64,000 nucleotides of DNA from Podarcis liolepis (taxonomy: Eukaryota). Positions 55,313-64,000 of this stretch are shown here, piece by piece. The DNA lies in assembly GCA_965112155.1 (NCBI GenBank), contig OZ218099.1; one strand, written 5' to 3'. The notes beneath the pieces are model-generated. The model worked only from the letters and a program-made list of their open reading frames with translations. It searched no databases and had not been told where the DNA came from. The translations under genes and the position numbers were made by a program. Numbering within the stretch: the stretch's first letter is position 1; every line of letters begins with the position of its first letter.

Positions 55313-55830
55313 TTTTTTCAAAGCAATGGTAAGTCAGCAGGTCATGACCTAGAAGGTGGGAAAGGCAGAGCTGTGGATAGAAGCTCTTGCCTCCGCTGCA
55401 CCAATGACCCAGTGTTCCTTGGAGACAAGGCACACAGCTGCCACAAGATCAGCACCCCTTTCAAAAGGGAAGCAAGCCAGACAATATAGCAGGCAGAGAC
55501 CACCACCAGACACATATATAGTCAATGCCAATGCCCCCTGCAGCATAAATAACACCCTCTTTGCTCCTCATAAAAAAATCTCCAATATACCCAAAACATC
55601 ACATTCACGTTCATAGTTCTAAGAGTCATCTTTCCCCACAAAAATTATCAATTCTTTCTTCTCTGCTTCCATAGCAGCTCAGCAGGCATCCACATTACTG
55701 CTATGGACATCACCCTGTTCCTATGCTTTCAATTTGCCTTTCCCAAAGCCCCCATAAGATCCACCTAGGAATGAAAACAGTTTTGAGGCACTTGCAAGCG
55801 TTCCATCTCAGTATTTTGGGTGAGGAGAAG

Positions 55831-55968
55831 TCACTCCACAGAAATGGCTTTCCGTGGAGCAGGAATCTGGCCCACCAGTTGTAGCACCCGCTGGGAAAGG
55901 CAGAGGCTGGTAGGATGGTGGGAGATATATTGACACAGAGCATATGGACAGATAGAGATAGACAGCAC
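55831..55968 (-). CDS. Clathrin terminal-domain-like gene, coding exon 8 with stop codon
   Basis: tttgctgctcccccag| VLSISICPYALCQYISHHPTSLCLSQRVLQLVGQIPAPRKAISVE then TGA. Compare CLTC [29 protein letters not shown]. Confidence 0.82.
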   Translation of the reverse strand: MLSISICPYALCQYISHHPTSLCLSQRVLQLVGQIPAPRKAISVE

Positions 55969-56091
55969 CTGGGGGAGCAGCAAAGACAAAGGGGAGTTTA
56001 GGTAACCCGAAGTCAATGGCTCCCAGACCTCACCCCCCCCTTCACTTCATTTCCACCCCAACACTTAAGTCCCTCCATTCCTCTAACTCAC

Positions 56092-56268
56092 CTTGCCACT
56101 ACGGCAAACTCCCAGCAGGCTGTGGGGCTTCTCATCATCAAGTACAGTAGCGAAAAGGATATCTAAGACCAGGTGGATGCGATGGATGGTTTGTGCCGTC
56201 TCCACGTCAGCAAGGAAGAGAAAAGCATGCTTGGTAAGAATGACCACCACACCCAAGTGGGGCAGGAA
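56092..56268 (-). CDS. Clathrin terminal-domain-like gene, coding exon 7 (177 nt)
   Basis: ttctatccttttag| FLPHLGVVVILTKHAFLFLADVETAQTIHRIHLVLDILFATVLDDEKPHSLLGVCRSGK |gtgagt. Compare CLTC [41 protein letters not shown]...GIIGVNRKGQ. Confidence 0.92.
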
Positions 56269-57072
56269 CTAAAAGGATAGAAAAGCAGTTGCTTGAGAAG
56301 TCTGAATCAGTCCCCTTCCCACATCACATCAATACTATTTAACCATACTCTGACTGGGATTACCAGCATGGCTCTTGAGTGCATAATGGCACTCTCAGAT
56401 CACCCATCCAGGGGGCCCTGACCTCCCTTAATAAAAAAATATTTTGTTTGTTAGTTTAGGGCATCCCTGTCTGCTTCTTTTGTCTATTTTGTTTCTGCTC
56501 TTGGTGTCTGTCTGTGGGGGGGACGGACAACCCATGTTTTGCCTGTTTTTTCAGGCAGTGAGGGAGTTCTAAGCACAGGCAGTTTTCCTTGTGTGAAATT
56601 GATATCTTGTGATGGCCACAGAAGTTTTAGATTTAGAAACGAGTCCCCAGGCCCGAAGAGGTTAGGCACCCTTTGCCAAAAACAGGCATGCGGAACCTTT
56701 GGCCCTCTAGCTGTTGATGAACTACAACTCCCATGGCTATGTTTTCTGGGGCTGATGGGAGCTGTAGTTCAGCAACATCTGGAGTTCCAGAGGTTCCCCA
56801 ACAATGCCCTAAAAGCTTCTTCCCCTTGTCCCAACTACTCCCGGGCACTTGGAAAACATGACCGCCAACTCTGGATCAAATAGCCAGACATCCACTGAGT
56901 TAGATGGGGAAGGCACAAAAAAACCCCACCACCAACTACATCAGCCCAACTGACACCTTCCAGATGTTTTGGATTACAATTCCCATCAGACCCAGTCAGC
57001 ATGGGGATGAGAGAAGTTGTTGTCCAAGGTTCAGCAGGTCCATAAGCCAACTGTCTCCAAGGCAAAACTCAC

Positions 57073-57186
57073 CTGTACTGCACTGGGGAAGTCCCCTAAC
57101 TGAGTCCCCTTGAAAGGCAAGGTGTCGCGGGCACTAAGCAAGGCGGCGTTCCCTGGCTGATGTGGGCCTAGCTCTACCACATGAAA
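57073..57186 (-). CDS. Clathrin terminal-domain-like gene, coding exon 6 (114 nt)
   Basis: tttgtgtctgcag| FHVVELGPHQPGNAALLSARDTLPFKGTQLGDFPSAVQ |gtgagt. Same 38-codon length as CLTC [38 protein letters not shown]. Confidence 0.92.
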
Positions 57187-57298
57187 CTGCAGACACAAAC
57201 AAGAAGCAAGTGCAGAGTTAGAGACTTTACTGGCTCCCTACCCAGTAGACCTTGGCTCCCAACTTCTTCTTTGCCCATCCTTACTAAGCCCCAGTCAC

Positions 57299-57463
57299 CT
57301 GTCCAGCCTGTTCCTTGCCTCTCCGCACAGCAGCTAAGAGGGATGTTGAAGGTTTTGGATTCCTGGAAAATCTGTGCTGAGGCAAGGCTACTGCTTGGGC
57401 TTCTATGACCTGAGACAGTGGGCCCCCTCGCCAATACAGCTGGGTCAGGCCCACAACTTGGCT
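57299..57463 (-). CDS. Clathrin terminal-domain-like gene, coding exon 5 (165 nt)
   Basis: tttccttctcacag| SQVVGLTQLYWRGGPLSQVIEAQAVALPQHRFSRNPKPSTSLLAAVRRGKEQAGQ |gtgact. Compare CLTC [54 protein letters not shown]. Confidence 0.9.
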
Positions 57464-57648
57464 CTGTGAGAAGGAAACGAAGAGAGAGAGATTCAGAGCA
57501 GGGGTAGCCAATGGCGCTTAGACTACAACTCGCACCATCCCTGACTATTGGGCCATGCCAGTTAGGGCTGGTGAGAACTGGAGTCCAACGATATCTGAGG
57601 CACAATGTTGGCTATATCTGGGTTAGAACAGAGCCACCAAGCCGTGTA

Positions 57649-58097
57649 GACTGGTACCCTCAGGTTACAGACGCTTCAGGTTGCATACGCTTCAGGTTAC
57701 AGACTCCGCTAACCCAGAAATAGTGTCAGTTACAGATAGGTAGCCGTGTTGGTCTGCCATAGTCAAAATAAAAAAATTCCTTCCAGTAGCACCTTAAAGA
57801 CCAACTAAGTTAGTTCTTGGTATGAGCTTTCGTGTGAAGAAGTGTGCATGCACACGAAAGCTCATACCAAGAACTAACTTAGTTGGTCTTTAAGGTGCTA
57901 CTGGAAGGAATTTTTTTATCCAGAAATAGTGCTTCAGGTTAAGAACTTTGCTTCAGGATGAGAACAGAAATCGTGCTCCGGCGGCGCGGCAGCAGCAGGA
58001 GGCCCCATTAGTGAAAGTGGTGCTTCAGGTTAAGAACAGTTTCAGGTTAAGTACGGACCTCCGGAACGAATTAAGTACTTAACCTGAAGTACCACTG
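57649..58097. mobile_element. Tc1/mariner MITE family B split by a Penelope insertion
   Basis: Colinear with 26294-26535 once 57726-57919 and one TSD copy are removed; TA flanks. Confidence 0.88.
57726..57919. mobile_element. Penelope pLTR inverted-duplication insertion
   Basis: 12-bp TSD ccagaaatagtg (57714-57725, 57920-57931); perfect 69-bp inverted arms 57768-57836 and 57851-57919. Confidence 0.9.
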
Positions 58098-58349
58098 TAA
58101 TGAGTTTAGAAACAAGAGACTTAACTTTTAACATTTTTTTTTTTAATGGATAAGCTGAAAGAAAAAGGGATTGACAATGAAAACCAGAGAAGGGTGGTGG
58201 GAAGTCAGGGGATTCTGAGAATCCTAAATGTGAAGGTGAATGATATGTTTAAATTGAAATGTGTTATGTAAAACTTAATTAAAATATTTTAAAAATATAA
58301 AATAGAAACAGAAGACATATCACAGCCATGGGGTCAGAGAATTATGTAC

Positions 58350-58468
58350 CTGCTCAAGTCCTAGAGCAGAGAGAGCCATCCACATATGACTGGCATCCCG
58401 TTGATATCCTACCACCTCCATGCCACAGAGACGTTCATGTCGGCTAAACTGCCAACTTGGTCCGGAAC
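58350..58468 (-). CDS. Clathrin terminal-domain-like gene, coding exon 4 (119 nt)
   Basis: tctcccttcaag| (R)SGPSWQFSRHERLCGMEVVGYQRDASHMWMALSALGLEQ |gtacat. Compare CLTC [38 protein letters not shown]. Confidence 0.9.
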
Positions 58469-58598
58469 CTTGAAGGGAGATTACAGACAAGGAATGGAGT
58501 CAAGGTCTTCTGCTCAATTCATATGGCTTACTAGATAGATTAAGTAGGGAACTTCTGGCCAAGGGGTTCAATTGGACATGCCAGGCCCGTTCCGTAAC

Positions 58599-58734
58599 CA
58601 GTGGTGGCCAAACTTGGCCCTCCAGCTGTTTTGGGACTATAATTCCCTTCATCACTGACCGTTGGTCCTGTTAGCTAGGAAAGATGGGAGTTGTAGTCCA
58701 AAAACAGCTGGAGGGCCAAGTTTGGCCACCACTG
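58599..58734. mobile_element. Fold-back MITE (hAT-like)
   Basis: 34-bp perfect TIR cagtggtggccaaacttggccctccagctgtttt. No clean TSD. Degenerate relatives at about 23120, 46740, 56683, 56900 and 57490. Confidence 0.8.
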
Positions 58735-59364
58735 CACCTAAACCACACTCACCCACCCATCAGTGATTATGTCAGCTGATGGGCGGGAGGACAGGGTTTA
58801 ATCCTGCACTGGCTATGCCGTCCTGTTCCTAGGTGGCAACAGGATCACACAGCTGAGGAAGCAGGATTTAATCTAATGAGCTAATGTGCCAAGATTAAAG
58901 TGCTCTGTCTTCTCCTTTAAGGGGGCTGGGCTGCATATGGCGCCACTGCTGCCCCCGCCCACTTAAAGGAGAAGCTGAGCAAAGTGTCAATTGAAACAGC
59001 TTCCCCGGGGGAGAGAGTCTGCTTCAAAGGGCACTTTGCTGCTTTAGGACAATCCTCCATGGATAGATCCTCAAACTACCCCTCTGCTTTTAATTTTCAT
59101 CACAGTAGACTGTTGAGGCAACGCCAGCATACTGCTTCCGCAATAATTCCCTTCAATAATCACTAACTTATCCCATAAACTAGACAGCCTGCCTCTCCTA
59201 CAATGCATGTGTCCTTTGTCCTTTACTCCCAACTCCATCCACCAAGCACCCTTGGTTTCACCACTTAACTCCATTCATCATTCTGCCTACAACCTGCCCC
59301 TGCCCAGGATTCTTTCATTATAGCCACCCTAACAACATCTTCCCCAAGTCCCTTGAACACTCAC

Positions 59365-59514
59365 GTTTTACGGTCCAGTGGAAGACATCCTCCTCTGTCA
59401 CCACAGCCAGAATGTCAGCGTTCAACCACACCCAGTACTCAATAGGATGAGCAAATTCCCACTGGTATCTTAAGGAACGCTGGTCCACGTCGTAGACCTG
59501 GGCCAGCTGCCCCG
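59365..59514 (-). CDS. Clathrin terminal-domain-like gene, coding exon 3 (150 nt)
   Basis: cctcttccttctag| (A)GQLAQVYDVDQRSLRYQWEFAHPIEYWVWLNADILAVVTEEDVFHWTVK |gtgagt. Ungapped match to CLTC [50 protein letters not shown]. Confidence 0.92.
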
Positions 59515-60278
59515 CTAGAAGGAAGAGGAGGGAAGGTTAAGACAACTGCTGCGGTTTGAGGGAGTGGAGCCGCTTGACAGTGAAGGCCCCTCAATTTATA
59601 AAACAGACAATTCACTGTATTTTAGGTGCACCTGTGTCTCTTCTGCAAAACTGAATGAGAAGCCCCCACAACCAAATAGAAAGCAGGTAAATAATACGGA
59701 AAGCTACAAATGAGAACTTTGGGACATGGCAGCTCATTCACCAGAAATGACTTGATGTTTCCAAAGGCTGCAGAGAGAGCGCTTGGCATTACCAGAACAT
59801 TAAATGGGTCAGAGACAAAGAATTCCTTTGGAAATGTTGCTGTCTCAAGGGAAAACAAATACTCCAACCTCTCCCAGTTTTAGAACCACTGCCCAAAATA
59901 AAATGGCAGCCAGACGGTGTTACCACCTTCCTTCTTCTAAGCCCATCTCCCACTCAAAGACACCTCAGTTCAATTCAAGCCCTTTACTTCTCTGCAATAA
60001 CACAAGTCCTCCCCCTTAAGTACCAAAATGACCCTCTAGCATTCGCTTTCCATCACTCCCATTTTTTCCCCCTTCACCCCAATCCACACTGGATTGCTTC
60101 CAACGCAAGTCCTACTCTAGAGCAGACCCACTGAAATTTAAGGACATTTGTAACTTAGGCCCACTCATTTCAGTGGGTCTAGTCTGTGGCGAATTTAGTA
60201 ACACACAACACCCCGACTTCCTCTCCTTTGCTCAACTCTACTTTCCAATAACCAGATAGCGTTCCTATTAATGAAATA

Positions 60279-60469
60279 CCATGGACGCTCGAGTTGCAAA
60301 CCCGCAGTGTTCACAATCCACGTCTGCGCATACGCGGGTTGTGATTCGGCGCTTCTGTGCATGCACGACCACCAAAACCCGAAGTAACCCGTTCCGGTAC
60401 TTCTGGGTTTCGGCGATCCGCAACCCGAAAAAAAGGAACCTGAAGTGGCTGTAATCCGAGGTATGACTG
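60279..60469. mobile_element. Tc1/mariner (Tigger-like) MITE at the exon 2 donor of the clathrin-like gene
   Basis: TA flanks (60277-60278, 60470-60471); imperfect TIR ccatggacgctcgagttgc / gtaatccgaggtatgactg; CpG-rich interior. Confidence 0.7.
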
Positions 60470-60472
60470 TAC

Positions 60473-60704
60473 CTCTGACAGCAAGCAGTGGACGGCTAGG
60501 ATTAGCCAGAGCCCCTTGCACATGATGCAAAGTCCAGTTTGGCGGAGCCTGATCCTCATTGGGAGATGCACGGGGATCCAAGAGCGTCAGCGATTGCCGG
60601 GAGGAGTCCCCAGGAGGGCTGTGCCGGACACAGAGGCGAGAGGCAGACGAGAAGGTTACACGAGGGTAGGTGATGTATTCCGATACAATGCCATGGGCTT
60701 GGAG
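60473..60704 (-). CDS. Clathrin terminal-domain-like gene, coding exon 2 (232 nt)
   Basis: cccattctctgcag| LQAHGIVSEYITYPRVTFSSASRLCVRH...VQGALANPSRPLLAVR +1 nt |gtacag. Compare CLTC [28 protein letters not shown]...ADSAIMNPASKVIALK (also phase 1). Confidence 0.88.
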
Positions 60705-62549
60705 CTGCAGAGAATGGGAGCGTGAGTGGAGCTTTCCTCCAGAAAAGTGTTTCAAAGCCCACAAAACTGTTTGGAGCCAAACCAAGGCTAAGGGAACAGT
60801 GTCTTTGTAGGGGTATGTGTACGATCTGGTGTGACCCAAGGTTGGGGTGAGGGAGAAACCCAAGTATGTCAATTTCTGCTCCTTATTTAAGCTGCTCATG
60901 TACTTTTTTTGTTGAACAAGGAACTGCAAACCAGGAAGCACCATGAGCATCATTAGGAAACCCTCCCCCCTCAGAAGTCAACAAAAAGTATAGGACTGAA
61001 CTGCAGCTGGACTCCATGGCTGAGCAGCGATTTGAACCCAGGTTCCCCACCCTCCAACTCTGCCGCTATTCATTCTTTCCACCTGCTACCTCCTTGTAAT
61101 ATCCATCATACACTTTCAGGCCATTTGCTTGATTAGGTCTGACCTGCTCATTAGGAAATTAACTGCAGCAAAATAAGTGTAGAAGAGTGGAAAGATTAGC
61201 AAGTACTTTGTACTGCTGACTAGTTAAAAACAACTTAATACGAAAATTAGAAAATCAACACGATAAAAATGGTTTCATGAAGATCTAATCTCGAGATTAT
61301 TTCTGCCAAATGTGACACTTTTATATTTCCCTTGTTGGAATAGAAAAAATATGGACAGCACTGAGAAATCATGTTCCAAACTGAAGTCCAAAATGCATTT
61401 AAAGTGTTGATTTTTGCTATAAATTAAAGATAGAGGTACTAAGTAATAAAAATTTACATGAAAGAGTGATCCCTACAGAGTAAGATCAGAAATAAATAAA
61501 TAAATAAATAAATTGCAGGTAGCCATTTTGACAGGAACAACGTTAGGAAAAAAGTCAATCCAAGTCAGGCATTAGCATTCCCATGTTACTCAACATGGAA
61601 GTGGGGATGCAACAAATAACTCCACCTTTGCATGAAGAATGCAACTGACTGTACTAACAGAGCCGCTTCCTTTATAGGCACAGAAAATGTAACCTTATAT
61701 AAGTATATTAGGAAGGAAGCCTAGTCAGTTTCAATGGTGCTTACTCCCAGGCAAGGATGTGGAGGATTACAGCCTTAACGACTGCACTCAAGACTGGTTT
61801 TCCCTTTTCTTTTCTACACCCAGAAAGGAGAAGCTCAAAAAAGTCACTGGAGAAATCCAAGGTTCTAAGGCAGCTGTGATCTGGCATCATGGGCAGAAGT
61901 CACACACCCATGCCCCCAAATATGTTCACAGCCCAATTCTCTTCAGATATATCCAACGATGCTTTTAAAGTGAAACATGCCTGCATGCAAGTTAATAGAG
62001 GACAAGGCTTTTGCACATAGCCAAGTATTGGATTTGGGCTAGCAGGTGGCAGTGTGACTAGACTGACCTTGGCTACAACCTAAGTGGTCTTTTAATGCAG
62101 GGGATTTTAGGCTAGAAATCACCTGAACCCACAACCTGTCATATTACTAGCAGACTGAAGGGCTGGCATAAGCAGTATCTCCCAGCAGCCGTCCCCAACC
62201 TGCAATATGGACATAATGGGCTGTATTTGTGATGGCAGGCATGGACACTGCCAGATTTTTTTTTGGGTGGGGCAGGCCTTTTGTTGGGGGGGTGGGCAAA
62301 ACCTCAGTTAGCTATGTATTTTTATCGATTTTTATTGACTGGGGGGGCAGCTGCCCCTCCCTGCCACCAATGTTTCTTGAAACACCTAAAAAATAAAAAA
62401 GGCCCTTCCTCTCTGAGTGAGGACAGTGCAGTAATACTTCTTTTAAGCTTTGCTTGCGGAGGGTGGAGGCATGCCCAGTCAGAACTCCCCTAACCAACCA
62501 CTGATTCCTATAGGAGCAACTCTCATTTATGACCCCAGAGGAGATTTAA

Positions 62550-63520
62550 AATGGCTTCCACCGGAACCCCGCAAATCTTCTATCCACACAACCACCTCGC
62601 CCCTTTCACACTCTCTGGGGCTGCATAGCGCCGCAACCACCCCTGAGCTCGACCCATTCCAAATCGCGCACCCGCCCCGGCCCGTCACCACCTCTCGAGT
62701 AACTATTTTCCCACAGAGGCCTATAGGTTGAGCTACGTGGGTTTTTTTTGGGGGGGGGTGTTTCCTGCTTACCTGAGTCAAAACTTCCACGCGGACTGGA
62801 GACACAGGCTCGCTCATAGCTTGGTATTCCGAATCAACCTGCAGTGCAGAGAAAAATAGGAGCAAATGGTGCGCGGGAGAGAAAAGGGGGACACGTGGGG
62901 AGAGGGGCGGCTTTGGGGAAGGTTTATGGAGTCGGGAGTGACGACCCAGGCTAGCAAGTAAATTATAACAGGAGTTAACAGTAAGAGGCTCACCCCGAGG
63001 AAAAACTGTAACTAAATCCATGAAAACAACTGCACCACATAGTTCAATATTTGAGCTTTTAAAAACTTACAGGGAAGCGCTCCGCGTAGCTGGCAGTCTT
63101 CCCCACCGCGGCTGCCCAAAGTTCCTACTCTTTCCTCCTCCTTTTTCCTCGGATTATAATGGCGTTTCAAGGCCATTCCTGCCCTCTTTCCCAGGTGTAC
63201 ATGATCTTGCTTTCAGACTCGATCCAATTAGCCCTAGCAAAAGGGAGGATCCCTCAGCCACATCTCTCTCTACTACTCCTACCGGTTCGACCAATCCCAG
63301 ACCAAGGGCCCCATGGAGAGCAGCCTGATGCGGACCCAGGAAAAAGGGGGAGGAAAGCAACCAACTCGCCCCACCCGGAGCAAGCGGACAGGAAGCCGTT
63401 GTGTATGAAAACCAACAGCCTAACGATCTGCTACGCGCAGAACACAGACCGTGGAGTTTGCACACCCGCTTTGGTATTTTGCACGAGAAAGCGGCATATA
63501 AATGCTTTTATAAATACAGT
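62550..63520 (-). promoter_or_regulatory. CpG-rich region, likely promoter and 5' end of the clathrin-like gene
   Basis: Visibly higher CpG density than the rest of the window and not an obvious repeat. Contains coding exon 1, an upstream CCT|gtaagt donor (63071/63070) and a minus-strand TATAAAAG at 63505-63512. Confidence 0.5.
62773..62817 (-). CDS. Clathrin heavy chain terminal-domain-like gene, coding exon 1 (whole exon 62773-62838)
   Basis: Acceptor tttttctctgcactgcag| at 62838; ATG at 62817 (G at -3); MSEPVSPVRVEVLTQ then |gtaagc. Compare CLTC MAQILPIRFQEHLQ|. Confidence 0.85.
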
Positions 63521-64000
63521 GCAATATATAACTCTTGGATGTTAAGCTTTAGAGGCATATCAGAAGGAGCTGTGGCTAGCAGAAGATCTGGGTTGCAGAC
63601 CAGAATCGGAATCAGGTTCGTTGCTTGGTTGTCTTCAGCCCAAGCTCCTGATAGTGCAGAGAACTGAAAATCCACACTGGCTCCTCCTAAGTTTATTTCG
63701 AAGCAAGTCCAATTAATTTCAGCGGTGCTCATTTCTCAAGGCCTTGTCCTCAAGAAAAGGTAGTAAATGTGACTCTGGGTGGTGCTGATACAGACGTGGA
63801 ATCACCCTACAAAAATTCTTTTTCCTGCCGAACCAACCCTGCACATCGCGAATGGGATGTCAGAGAGCAAAAACTTCTCGCCTTGGTGCGCCTGTTTTCT
63901 ATGGGGTTTGAGGGGGGAGGCGGGGAAGGGAAAGGACCTTTGCTTATGCTCAGAGTAGCATGCAATCAACGTGAGCCCCCGCTTTCAATTTGAACTCGAG

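Noticed and set aside
60195-60953. 252-aa ORF, the longest in the track, as a single-exon gene
   Set aside because: Only 60473-60704 is clathrin-like and bounded by splice sites; the rest is intron and MITE read-through.
55831-62817. Calling the gene CLTC, CLTCL1 or a processed pseudogene
   Set aside because: Too divergent and too short for CLTC or CLTCL1; it has introns and an uninterrupted frame, so it is not a retrocopy.

Overview
Vertebrate genomic DNA. The repeat content (Bov-B, squamate-type SINEs, CR1/L2, Penelope, hAT and Tc1/mariner MITEs) points to a squamate, probably a lacertid lizard (inference). The left end holds the last three coding exons of PLXNA1 (+ strand; 65-277, 4017-4167, 11242-11337), followed by a probably long 3' UTR ending near 20300. 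About 35 kb of repeat-rich intergenic DNA follows. The main result, invisible in the ORF track as a single ORF, is an intact 8-coding-exon gene on the minus strand (62817 to 55831; 1140 nt, 379 aa). It encodes a highly divergent homologue of the clathrin heavy chain N-terminal beta-propeller and stops at the start of the linker, so it has no leg or trimerisation domain. All seven introns are GT-AG and phase-compatible; six fall at CLTC intron positions as I recall them and one is extra. Secondary results: three Penelope-like insertions carrying minimal hammerhead ribozyme motifs (one as a perfect 69-bp inverted repeat), a MITE inside a splice donor of the clathrin-like gene, and a hAT element carrying apparently captured DNA. 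All homology statements are by-eye comparisons with recalled sequences; no search was run.
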